Shown: piece after piece, positions 13,647-26,309 of the stretch
Layout: each line of letters opens with the position of its first letter
Numbering within the stretch: position 1 is the first letter of the stretch
Assembly (NCBI RefSeq): GCF_009914755.1
Contig: NC_060928.1
Origin: the human T2T-CHM13v2.0 reference genome, Homo sapiens
Direction: 5' to 3' (one strand)
Length of the DNA: 64,000 nt
Program-made: the position numbers and the translations under genes
Notes under the pieces: model-generated
Told to the model about the DNA's origin: nothing
Database searches by the model: none
The model's input: the letters and a program-made list of their open reading frames with translations, nothing else

Positions 13647-16584
13647 TAAGTGCATAGTACAGTTTTGTTAACCATAAGCACAATGTTGGGCAATGTTGGA
13701 CAGCAGATCTCTAGAGCTTACTCATCTTGCGTAATTGAAACTTTATGCCATTGAATAGTAACTCCAGGTTTCCTCCTTGTCCCAGCCACTGGCAAACATC
13801 CTGCTCTCTGTTCCTATGAGTTTGTCTATTTTAGATATCTCATAGAAGTGTAATCATGCAGTGTATGTTTTTCTATGATCCTCTAGGATCATTCATGTCA
13901 GGTACTGCAAAATTTTCTTTTTTAAAGGCTGAATAATATGCTATTATATGCATGTACCACATTTGCTTTATCCATTCATCTGTCCATGGATATATGAGGT
14001 TGTTTCCATATCTTGGTTATTGTGAATAATGCTGCAATGAATAGAAGACTGCATGCATCTCTTTAAGATTCTGCTTTCAATTCTTTTGGATATATACCCA
14101 GAAGTGAGATTACTGTATCATATGTTAATTCCGTGTTTATGTTTTTTGAGGAACTACCGTACTGTTTTCCTTAGCAGCTGCATCATCTCACATTCCCACA
14201 ACAGTGTACAAGGATTCCAATTCTCCACATCTTGGTCAACATTGTAATCTTTTTTTACAGTAGCCATCATAACATGTGTGAGATGATAACTCATTATGGT
14301 TTTGATTTGCATTTCTCTGATGATTAATGATGTTAAGCATTTTTTAATACACCCAATGGCTATTTGCATGTCATCTTGGAAGGAATGTCCATTCAATTCC
14401 TTTACCCATTTTAAATCAGATTATTTGTTTTTTCACTATTGATTTGTATGGGTTACTTATATATTTTAGATATGAATATTTTATCAGACATATGATTTGC
14501 AAATATTTTCTTCCATTCTGTAGGTTGCCATTTCACTCTGTTGATTATATCTTTTGCTCTGCAGAAGCTTTTTAGTTTGATGTGGTCCCACTTCTCTAAT
14601 TTTGCTTTTTTGCTGGTGCTTTTGTTGTCATATCCGAGAAATCATTGCCTGGACCAATAGCATGAAGATTTTCCCCTATGTTTCTTTCTAGGAATGTTAT
14701 AGTTCACAACACAATTCACTCTGTGTTGACTTTTGTGTATAGTGTAAGACAAGGGTCCAATTTCATTCTTTTGCATGCAGATATCTAGTTTTCCCAGCAT
14801 TATTTGTTGAAGAGACTATCTTTTCTCCACAGTGTAGTCTTGGCATTCTTGTTGATTAGTTGACTGTATATACCTGGGTTTATTTCTGGGATCTCTATCT
14901 ATTGATGTATGTGTGTGTTTTAATGACAGTACTATACTGCATTAATTACTACAGCTTTATAATATATTTTAAAATTAGGAAGTATGAATATTCCAGCTTT
15001 GTTCTTCTTGCTCAAGATTACTTTGGTTATTTGAGGTATTTTGTAGTTCCATATGAACTTTAGAAATTTTTTCTATTTCTACAAAAATGCCGTTGAGATT
15101 TTGATAGAGATTACGTTGAATTTGTACATTGTTTTTGGTAGTGTAGACATTCAAAATATATTGTCTTGCAATCTATTAAAACAGGATATCTCTGCATTTG
15201 TTTGTTTTTCTTTAGTTTCACTGTGAAGTTTTTCGTCTTCTTGGTTGACTTTATTCCTAAGGATTTTATTCTTATTTTTATTCCCAAAATGGGACTGTTT
15301 TCTTAATTTCCTTTTTGGGTAGTCCATTGTTAGTATATAGAAATGCAACTGATTTTTTTGTATGTTGATTTTTGTATTCTGCAACTTTACTATGTTTGTT
15401 TATAGTTCTAACACTTTTCTTGTGAGTCTTTAGAATTTTCTACATATAAGATAATGTCATCTGCACACAGAGACAATTTTATTTCTTCCTTTCCAATTTA
15501 GATGGCTTTTATTTCTCTCACTTACCTAATTGCTGTGGCTAAGACTTCCAGAACTATGTTGAATACAAGTGGTGAGAGTAGGTATCCTTGCTTTCTTCCT
15601 GATTTTTGAAGAAAACCTTTCAGTTTTTCACCATTGAATATTATGTTAGCTGTAGACTTTTCATATATGGCCTTTACTAATGTTGAGGTAAATTCTTTCT
15701 ATATCTAGTTTGTTAGAAGTTTTTTTTTATTATGAAATGGTGTTGAATTTTGTCAAAGCTTTTTATTGTCTTTATTGAGAATTTTTCCTATACATTCATC
15801 AAGAATATTGACCTGTAGTTTTCTTTTCTTGCAGTGTTTTTTGTCTGGCTTTGGTATCAAGGTATTGCTGGCCTTATAGGATAAATTTTGAAATATCTCT
15901 TCTGTTAATTATTTTGAATAGTTTAAGAAAGATTGATGTTAATTCTTTAAATGTTTGGTAGAATTCACTGGTGCAGCTCTTTACTTTTCGTTGTTGAAAG
16001 GTTTTAAATTATTGATCCTCATTTTGTCTGTTTCAGTGTAGAGAGATTTTACATTATTGAACTTTATTTTTATTTGTCTCTTTAGACATTTTGTCTCCTC
16101 TTGATTAAGTCTTGGTAGGTTGTATGTTTTTAAGAATTTATCCATTTCTTCTAGGTTATCCAATTTGTTGACATATTGTTGTTCATAATAGTCTCATGAT
16201 TCTCTATTTCTGTGGCATTTGTTTTAATATCTCTGCTTCCATTTATGATTTTATTTATTTGAGTATTTTCTCCTCATTTTTCTTAGTTATTTTAGGTAAA
16301 GATTTGCTGATTTTGTTTTTCTTAGAAACTCAGTTTTGTTGATTTTTTCTATATTCTATTTTATTTATATTTGCTGTAATCTTTATTACTTCTTTCCTTA
16401 TGCTAGCTTTGAACTTAGTTTGTTATTCTTTCTCTAGTTTATTGAAATGTAATGTTAGGCTGTTTATCTGAGCCCTTTTTTTCTTTTTTTACCATACATG
16501 TTCATTACTATAAACTTCTCTCTTAGTACTGCTTCTGCTGCATCCCATAAATTTTTGTATATTGTGCATTCACTTGTGTTGAAA

Positions 16585-16936
<352 letters not shown>

Positions 16937-17364
16937 TAAAAGTGTGATGTTTAATTTCCACATATTTGTGAATTTTCCAGTTTTCCTTTTGTTTTTGATT
17001 TCTAGTTTCATTTCATTGTGGTCAGAAAAGATATTTGGTATGATTTCAATCTTAAATTTGTTGAGACTTATTTTATAGCCTAACATGTGATCACATGTGA
17101 ATTTGACACTGTTCTGCATGCACTTGAGAAGAATGTATTTTGCTGCTATTGAGTGGAATGTTATGTATATGTCTTTTAGGTCCATTTGGTCTATACTGTT
17201 GTTCAAGTCTGCTGTTTCCTTTTTGATTTTCTGTCTGAATGTTCTATCAATTATCAAAAGTAGGGTATGAAGTCCCCTATTTTATTGTGTTGCTCTCTAC
17301 TTTTCCTTCAAGCCTGTCAATGTTTGCTTTATATATTTTGGTGCTCTAATGTTGGGAGCATATA

Positions 17365-17746
17365 TTTTTTTTTTATTATACTTTAAGTTTTAGGGTACAT
17401 GTGCACAACGTGCAGGTTACTTACATATGTATACATCTGCCATGTTGGTGTGCTGCACCCAGTAACTCGTCATTTAACATTAGGTATATCTCCAAATGCT
17501 ATCCCTCCACTCTCTCCCCACCCCACAACAGGCCCCAGTGTGTGATGTTCCCTTTCCTGTGTCCATGTGTTCTCATTGTTCAATTCCCACCTATGAGTGA
17601 GAACATGCGGTGTTTGGTTTTTTTGTCCTTGCGATAGTTTGCTGCGAATGATGGTTTCCAGCTTCATCCATGTCCCTACAAAAGACAAGAACTCATCATT
17701 TTTTATGGCCACATAGTATTCCATGGTGTATATGTGCCACATTTTT
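17365..17746 (-). mobile_element. 5'-truncated L1PA 3' end nested in older L1
   Basis: ttttattatactttaagttttagggtacatgtgcacaacgtgcagg tail and ORF2 C-terminus MWHIYTMEYYVAIKNDEFLSFVGTWMKLETII. Confidence 0.92.
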
Positions 17747-19594
17747 TAATTGTTACGTCTTCTTGATGATTTATCCCTTTCATCATTAAATAATGGGGAC
17801 CTCCTATGCCAGTTTCTGACTTAAATTCTATTTTATTTGATATGATTATAGTTATCCTTGATCTCTTTTGGTTATCATTTGCATGGAATATCTTTTTTCA
17901 TCTCTTTACTTTTAGCCTATGTGTATCTTTGATTCTAAAGAATGCCTCCTGCTCACAACATATAATTATTTTTTTTAATCCATTCAGCTATTCTACGTAC
18001 TTTTATTGGAGCATTTAATCCGTTTACATTTACATTATCGATAGGTAAGGATTTACTATTGATATTTTGTCATTTTCTGTTTTGTAGTTCTTTTGTCTCT
18101 CTTTTCCTCTGTTGCTGTCTTCCTTTGTGTTTTGCTGATTTTTTTGTAGTGATATGCTTTGATTCCCTTATTTTTTCTTTTGTATGTATGTATTTATTTC
18201 TTTTTCTTTATCTATTGTATGTATTTTCTTTATGGTTTCCATGTTTCTTTGTCTCTCTCTTCTCCTTCTGGACACCCATAATCAATATATTTGTTCACTT
18301 GGTGGTGTCTGATAATTCCCTTAGACTCTCTTCACTCTTTTTGATTTTCTTTTCTTTTTGCTTCTCTGACTGGATAATCTCAAATGACCTGTCTTGGAGT
18401 TGACTAATTCTTCTGTTTGATCAAATCTGCTGTTAAACGCTTATGATGAATTTCTTATTTCAGTTATTGCATTCTTTCACCTCAGAATTTCCATTTGGTT
18501 CTTCTTTATCTTTTCTATTTCTTCATAATATTCTCATTTATTTAATGTGTTATTTCCCTCATTTTGTTTAGTTGTCTATCTGGGTTCTCTTGTAACTTGT
18601 TGAGCTACTTTAAGATGATCATTTTGAATTCTTTGTCAGACAATTCATAGATCTCCATTTTTTTAGGGCCAGTTGTTGTATATTTATTTTGTTCTTTTGA
18701 TTGCGTTTTATTTTCCTGTTTCTTCATGTTACTTGTAGCTTTGCATTGATGTCTTTACATGTGACATCCATGTCTTAATGACATGTTCTCCACTCTTAAT
18801 GAACTGGCTTTGATAGGGAAAGACAGCCCAGATAGAGTTTCTGGGTCTTGTTCCTAGGTCCTGATCCAGGTGTTCAGTCTTTTTCTTTTCTTTTCTTTTT
18901 TCTTTTCCTTTCTTTTCTTTTCAGCACTAGCAATCTCTTGCTCCCTCTGGTTCCCATGTCAGTCTCATCTGTGCTCCATATGAGATGAGATAGAAACTAG
19001 CTCTTCAGGGAGCTCACTGAAAGGCTCAGGACATTAGAGTCATGATCCACTCCTCCTTCTTTCCTGAAGGAGAGGCCTTAGTTCTATGCCTTCTACAGAT
19101 CTCTCAGAGCCTTGCCAGCCATGGGAAGGTGCCCATTCTCCTAGCTTTCCCAGGCATCTGGACTATGCCATGTCTTTAAGCACTCTGTAAGAGGCACAAC
19201 AGAAGCCAGCCCCTTGAGGGGTGTACTGAAAGGCCAGAAATGTTGGATGCTCACCCTACTCTCTATCCCCTGCCCTCCCTACACCAGGAAAGGATTGTAG
19301 TCTCTCTGGTGCTGAGTTGTACTCGCAGGTAAAGTGAAATAGCTTTTCTTGTCTGTTTCAGTGTGGCTGATTGTGATTTTTTGTTTGTCTGGGGTACTGA
19401 AATTTCTTAACTTAATCCTGAACTTCTTATGAAGCTAATTTGTTACTTATATCACTGTTAAATCTGTGTTTCTGTTAGGAAATGAGGGCTGGAACTTCCT
19501 ATTCTGCTATCTTGCTGACATCACTCTATCCTTGATGTTCTTGAGGTTATTTATGTCTGTTGTATCTGTATGGGGGAGATGTATGTATTAGTGG

Positions 19595-20090
19595 TGGTTC
19601 TGGCTCAGAGTCTCTAATGTGGCTGTGGTAAACCTCAGATGTCAGAGATGGAGCCCTCTTGAGGCTCAGGTGGGGCTGAGATCTGCCCCTGCCCACCCAC
19701 ATGGTTGTTGACAGACCTCAGTTCTTAACTGAATGCTAGACCGAGGATGTCAGTTTCTCTCAGGCTGTTTGCCAGATGCCTCAGTTCCTTGCTATATAAG
19801 CCTCTCCACAATATGGCAGACAACTTCCCCAAGACAAGCGATGGAGTGATGGGGGACTGGGGGAAGGAAAGGAGGGAGAGAGAGAGGGAGAGGGGGAGGA
19901 GAGAGCGCACACACAAGCATGAGAGAGCAATTAAGATGGGAGCTGCAGTCTTTTTAATAACCTAATTTTGGAAGATCATCTCATTACTTTTGCTGTGTTA
20001 TGTTCATGAGAAAACCACTAAATCCTGCCTACACTCAGATGGAAGAAATTAAGTTTCATCACTTGCAAAGGAGGAGTATAAAGAATTGTC
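19595..20090. mobile_element. MaLR (MLT1-like) LTR relic with internal GA-rich tract
   Basis: MLT1-like phrases such as ggttctggctcagagtctct, cctcagttc and aatcctgcctacactcag; family tentative. Confidence 0.5.
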
Positions 20091-20113
20091 CCATCACAAC
20101 ACTATATGATGTC

Positions 20114-20268
20114 ATGCTACTGCATATCTCTTCCTAACACTGTATTCAGTGATACAACATTGGTAGTTTGAAATCAGCCATGGTGGGAATATTTAAACCA
20201 TGGAAATTAGCAAACATTCTAAGTCAGACTTTTCCCCCCAGACAGCTGACATTTACCAGCACACATCA
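20114..20268. mobile_element. MER63-like hAT-Blackjack relic
   Basis: ttggtagtttgaaatcagccatggtgggaatatttaaaccatggaaattagcaaa...tttaccagcacac. Confidence 0.6.
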
Positions 20269-20596
20269 GGATGAATATAGAGCTATGTGTTCACAAAATT
20301 TTTATGAAGTAGACGAATTTTAGGAAGGGCTTTGAAAGAAGGAAATAAAATATTATTGATAAAGAAAAAGATAGTTTCTTAATTTAAAGATAATAGAGGT
20401 GAAGCAAGAAGTGGAGGGAGACCTAGGGAGTTTAAATATGCTCTTATGGATGCCTATAATGACATGAAGAAAAAGCAGCTCTTTCTCTTTTTGTTTCTTG
20501 TGTGTGCATGTGTGCACATGATTTGAAATGGAGATTGCATACTAAATTTAACTATGTGTACACACATTAAAGACTTGGCATACAAGATTTTTCTTT

Positions 20597-21355
20597 AATC
20601 CAGCAATCAGGATGGGTATATAATCTTTTACATAATTGCCTATGAAGCCACAAACAAGTAATCCATACGCCAGTAAAGTTGATACAGCTGACCTATACCT
20701 AAAATAGCTCAGAAATTCAAAGACCAAATTTTAGTTCATTTGAACTGATGCCTTGGTGTATGTAGTACGACCAATAATATGTGAGGAGTGCCACCATTTA
20801 TCAAATGAGCAGGAATTCACTTCAAAAAGAAAATTTCCAGAATCATAGCATTTTAGGTCTGAAAGAGACAGTGGGAAACCTACAGTACATTATTTCTCAA
20901 AATGTCTTTGTCAATCAAACATCAACATCAGAAATGACTGGTCTTCTTTTTAAAACCTAGAAGCTTGTTAATACCTGAAACCCACCCCAGACCTGATGAA
21001 TTCATAGGGGCTTAAGAATCTGCACATTCTATAAACTCTCTACATGATTCTGTTGCAAGCAAACGTTAGAGAGTGAAAAATCCAAACCTTTTATTTTATA
21101 GATTAGGGAAACAAACAACTAAGCTGTAAAAGAGAACCCCCTGCCCAACAAGTGAGACCACATAGTAGGCATGATTTTACACATTACAATTTTTTTTTCT
21201 CCAAAATAAAATTTTTTAAATCCAGCAATCAGGGTGGATATATAATCTTTTGTATAATTGCCTATGAAGCCACAAACAAGTAATACATGTGCCAGTAAAG
21301 TTGGTACAGCTGACCTACACCTAAAAATAGCCCAGAAATTCAAAGACCAAGTTTT
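20597..21355 (+). repeat. Local direct duplication of ~135 bp (20597-20732 / 21219-21355)
   Basis: aatccagcaatcagg...ataattgcctatgaagccacaaacaagtaat...cagaaattcaaagaccaa occurs twice at about 90% identity. Confidence 0.92.
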
Positions 21356-22769
21356 CATTCCAAAATTTTTTATTTTGGAGAAAATAGAACGCATATCCTT
21401 TGTTCAAAGAGACAGCTAAGGAACAACACAGGACTTCAATGAAAAATATGTTGTTTATGTGTGTAGTTACTAGTCAGTATGCCCCACCTAGCCACAAATT
21501 AGTGTGGTTACTCTAAATTGCTAACATGAAAATCTTAACCTCCTACTTCTGAAGTTATTTGGTTTTAGCTACTCAATTTTTTTTTCTAGGCTTCCAAGGT
21601 TGCTGTTTTGGGCATGGTTTTAGAAATATAATTATAAGTTTGATTTCAAACTTCTGGACCATGTAATCAAGCACAGACTGGTCATAGTGGAAAATATACA
21701 ATTTTTAGCTCTGCCTACATTGACAAAAAAAAAATGGCTGGATCCACATCAATTCAACTTGAGTGCCATGTGTTTACAGTGACAGTTTCTCCCCGAAAAC
21801 GCAAAAAAAAAAAAAAAAAAAAAAAAGAAGATCCATGCTGCTGTAGTATATGTACATAGGGGTGTTTAAAGCCAGCCCCTCCAGCAGCACCTTACCAACC
21901 ATGTCTGTGCTTTTATTTATTGATCCAATAAGATGACTTAAATATCTAACTCCTTTTCCACGTAAAAGTTTTTATTATGTGCAATGCATTGTTAAACAGG
22001 TGAAGAATGAACAAGTTTAGAAAAACAAAGAAGCTTAACATGGAAAATTACCCGCATGGTGTCCACTTTTCCTGCTCGGTTGCAATACCCAATGGATTAT
22101 TTATTAATTTAGATTTGTGCTGTCCCTGAATCCAAACAGCAGCCTCTTTAGAGTAACATCTGCTCCAGACATTGCTCCAGGAATATAAATCCCGACTAAG
22201 GGGTGGATATTTAAAGCTGTAAATGATTTTTTATTTTTACAATAGCTTTGCAAAAGGAACGGAGGTGTCATGTCATCATCAGAGTTTTCTTAACAGGATT
22301 TAATCTTAATGCCAAACTAAATCCTTTGTCTAAAGCATCAGCAGAGTTGTACTTATTTTCCCCATAGTATTAAAGAGGAGGGCTGGTGCAGGCACAGCCA
22401 TATGACATTGCCTTATCTATTTTGTCTGTTTGTTTTCTGGAAGAATCTAGGAATGTGCATAAATACAATTAAGGACAGTATCTACAAATTGGAAGAAAGC
22501 ATTTCTATTCTCTTAAACCTCTAAATCAAAGCACTTAATGTTCTGATTTCCAGCAAGACCTTCTAATAAATGAAAACCCAACCCTTGGGTTTGTGTTCTG
22601 ACTCTTGATACAATTATGAAAGACGCATCAGGAGATGGCAAGTGGCTGCCAGTACTTCCTTTTTTCTGGAATATTCTCTAATTCTTGGTGTATCAAGATG
22701 GAAACTGGTAGGCTTGGAATAGATGTCCCTTTAAAAGGCTCCACTAACAATACAAGAATATTTTTTCCA

Positions 22770-23900
22770 TACGCAGTGACGTGGGTGGGTCATGGGTGTC
22801 TCAATGACAGTAACGTTCCCGAACCCCGGACCTTAGCTGTCATTTCACCTGCGTCGTCCCGGACGCCATTTGGCTGTTGACGTGGTTCCGAGCCAGCAAA
22901 TAACGCCAGCAGCCCTCCCAGATCCACGCCGGCCCGTCTCTCCGCCGGCCCCCTCCTCGCAGTGGTTTCTCCTGCAGCTCCCCTGGGCTCCGCGGCCAGT
23001 AGTGCAGCCCGTGGAGCCGCGGCTTTGCCCGTCTCCTCTGGGTGGCCCCAGTGCGCGGGCTGACACTCATTCAGCCGGGGAAGGTGAGGCGAGTAGAGGC
23101 TGGTGCGGAACTTGCCGCCCCCAGCAGCGCCGGCGGGCTAAGCCCAGGGCCGGGCAGACAAAAGAGGCCGCCCGCGTAGGAAGGCACGGCCGGCGGCGGC
23201 GGAGCGCAGCGATGGCCGGGCGAGGGGGCAGCGCGCTGCTGGCTCTGTGCGGGGCACTGGCTGCCTGCGGGTGGCTCCTGGGCGCCGAAGCCCAGGAGCC
23301 CGGGGCGCCCGCGGCGGGCATGAGGCGGCGCCGGCGGCTGCAGCAAGAGGACGGCATCTCCTTCGAGTACCACCGCTACCCCGAGCTGCGCGAGGCGCTC
23401 GTGTCCGTGTGGCTGCAGTGCACCGCCATCAGCAGGATTTACACGGTGGGGCGCAGCTTCGAGGGCCGGGAGCTCCTGGTCATCGAGCTGTCCGACAACC
23501 CTGGCGTCCATGAGCCTGGTAAGGGCGCTGCCCCCTGACAGCCCTGGGGGCATCCCGGAGGGGGGCGGCAGAGGGTGGGACTGGTGGCGGTGGGGGAAGG
23601 AGGGAGGGATGGGCCCAGGGGTGCCTCTTGGTAAAAGGTATCTAAGGTGGAAGGTGGGAAGTGGAGGGAGGGATGGAAATGGGGAAGAACCCGACTTAGA
23701 GCGCCAGTGGCCCAATTTCTGCTTTCCCGTCCCATCCCCCCAGCACCAATCCCATCTCCCCAGACCTTAGGCCACCCTCTAGTAAGTATAGGCTTGGGAG
23801 GCTGGGGTGGCGGGGGATGGGGGGGATAGCAATACAGAAAAAACAAATCCTGACGCACGCAACCCCAGCGGTCGCTCTCACTTTGCTGTGTGAAAAACCC
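22770..23900 (+). promoter_or_regulatory. CPE: CpG island / CPE promoter and 5' UTR
   Basis: Abrupt rise in GC and CpG density against AT-rich flanks, surrounding the CPE ATG. GC-rich elements, no obvious TATA box, two TGACGTGG motifs at 22777 and 22878. Confidence 0.9.
23212..23518 (+). CDS. CPE: Carboxypeptidase E, coding part of exon 1 (signal peptide, propeptide, N-terminus of mature enzyme)
   Basis: ATG at 23212 (gcagcgATGg) reads [102 protein letters not shown], the human CPE N-terminus. It ends at donor CTG|GTAAGG (GT at 23519-23520) after 307 nt (phase 1). Confidence 0.98.
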
Positions 23901-26083
23901 AAAGGAATGATTGCGAGTCCCCCGCAAGGGGGGTTGTTCTTCCTTGCTGACAAGAGTAGAAAGATAAGGTGCAGAAGGCAGTGATTGAGAGGAAAGGAGA
24001 ACGAGGGAGAAAGAGTCATTTATCATGTTTTCTCTAATTTCCAGAGGACCAGTTTATTGGCTCTGTGTACCCATCTCTACCTGTGTGTGTATACGTATTA
24101 GGTACACTCGCTGCTGTGGATGCTTGGGGAATCTTAGGGATATTGCCAATCTGGGGTGGTGGTGTATAAAGATACGTTGGTGCCCCTCCTCCTACCAGGG
24201 TGAAAAGTGGTTTCTGACTTTTGAAACCAGATTTTGAAACTGCACAAGGCCTTTCCAAGGAAAAAGGAGTATTCCATTTTCTCTGCTATAACCATTTGAG
24301 ATGAATAGTTTGTGATGGGGTCTTTATTCCAACTGATGTTCCCAAATAACCATCTGTATTCGTCTTTCCTAGGAGTATATTAAAGCACCTTTTGGTTTAT
24401 GTTAATTGTGATGCATTTAGTATTAATAAAGAGGTATTTAAAAATGTTCTTGGGACTTTTTTCGTTATGTTTCTGCTTAGGAAATAATTTGGGCCTGGTC
24501 TTCTGATAATCAAGGTACAGCTAAAGTAATCTGTGCTAATAATATCAGCATGGGATGGATGCTTAATTTTTGTTTAATGACAAAGCAAGCAAGAAAAGTA
24601 GGCTAAAAATTCTCAATGCAGGGCCAGTATAGTTTTATAATGATACGTAAGAACCAAACTGAGAAGAGATTAAAATAGGTGATCAATAGACATTTTGATC
24701 TTCAAATATATAGTAGGTGGGTTGATCAAGAATAAATCTTCAGGAAATATTTCTTACCTTCAAATAATATAAGAAAAAAAGGTTCATGTAAGTTTGCTGT
24801 CAAAATTCTAAGATCAGATCCTAGAAAACATTTAATATTAACTACTCTTATCTACCAGGATTCAGCATGTAGGATTGGACATTTTGAAACTTAGTTTCAT
24901 ACTGTTATCTGAAGACAGGGAAAAATTTAAAATGTGATAACTGATTTTCAGCTAAATCCAATAACCAAAGCCAAGATATCCTAGGCACAGTTAAAGCTAA
25001 TGTAAGTATTTGTGAGTCTCCTGCTGCTTACTTAATGAGAACCCTTTGTTACTCTATTTTGTAGATTGATCCCAGAGTTTTTTGCGTTGTTACTTCAAGA
25101 GATTATATGAAAGCTAATGTTTAACTTTTTGTTGTTTCAAATTTGGAAATAAAATTTTAAAGTGATATTACAGTTAGAATGTGATATGCTTTAGAAAATG
25201 AAAACAATGATTTCTTTGCTTAAGTATCTGGAATATATAGTTCATCAAGGTTTGCAAATCCTTCTTTTAGATTGCAAGCTGTATGAAGTGGGGACCCTGA
25301 TTCCAGCACCCAGCTCATGTTTGGCACACAGCGGGCTTGAATATACATTATGAAATAATCTACATTATGGAAAAATACTGAATATGCAGTGTGGAAAAAA
25401 TGAATCCATCAATAGCTGCATAACACAGTGTATTAAAATAAAATGTTTTATTCTTCATACATTCAAAATACGTTGATTGAATTCCTCTTACAGAGACAAA
25501 CTCGGAAGTGTTGTACAATATGTACTTTACAATTCCTTTTTAAATGAAGGAGACTCTAAGTCTATGGTATTACTAATAGAATACAAAATGTCTGTGTCCC
25601 TTATATTTTTAAAAGTAGAAATAAACTATTATAAACCAACACTAACAAAAGTACAAGGTGATATCCCCCTCCATCACCTTTTATGAGCGTCAAGGAGGTT
25701 AGAGATCTTCAGGAAACTAGTAAATATAGAGATCTGATCAGTATACAAGTTTGATGGTGCTTGTGTGAATTAACTTTAAGGAAGTTTGGAAAAAGGAAAA
25801 TGTTCACCATTCTTAAATGGCCTTTCAGTTTCTTTTAGGTTAAACTATTTTAAGAAGTAAAAAGGAATACTTATTCTGAGGTACAAGTGGGCTCATTCAG
25901 TGTTTTTTTTGAGCACCTGTATACTCAAGGTGGACCAGGCGTCTGTGAGTTGTGCCTCTGCACAACCGATAGAAGATAACACAGAAGATAGTCGCTTGCC
26001 CTGAGGGCAATAGAGAATTGGGAGCTTGAAGAACAGCATAAAGGGATGTGAGGCTGCAAGATCGGCTTTGGGAGGACTGGAGA

Positions 26084-26309
26084 AAAAGACAGTAGGGTCA
26101 GCAGGTCAGGGAGACTGGATTATTGAAGAATTGATGACAAAAGACAGTAGGTCAGCAGGTCAGGGAGACTGGATTATTGAAGAATTGATGACAAAAGACA
26201 GTAGGTCAGCAGGTCAGGGAGACTGGATTATTGAAGAATTGATGACAAAAGACAGTAGGTCAGCAGGTCAGGGAGACTGGATTATTGAAGAATTGATGAC
26301 AAAAGACAG
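26084..26309 (+). repeat. 54-bp tandem repeat (~4.2 copies, near perfect)
   Basis: Unit gcaggtcagggagactggattattgaagaattgatgacaaaagacagtaggtca at 26101, 26155, 26209 and partial at 26263; a leading partial has one extra G. Confidence 0.97.

Noticed and set aside
22870-23211. 114-codon in-frame N-terminal extension of CPE
   Set aside because: It starts at TTG. Stop-free frames are expected in GC-rich islands, and the extension would bury the signal peptide; the ATG at 23212 has strong context.
23067-24026. Long antisense ORFs over the CpG island (214 aa, 195 aa and others)
   Set aside because: Low-complexity Pro/Gly/Ala-rich translations typical of GC-rich DNA, with no recognisable domain.
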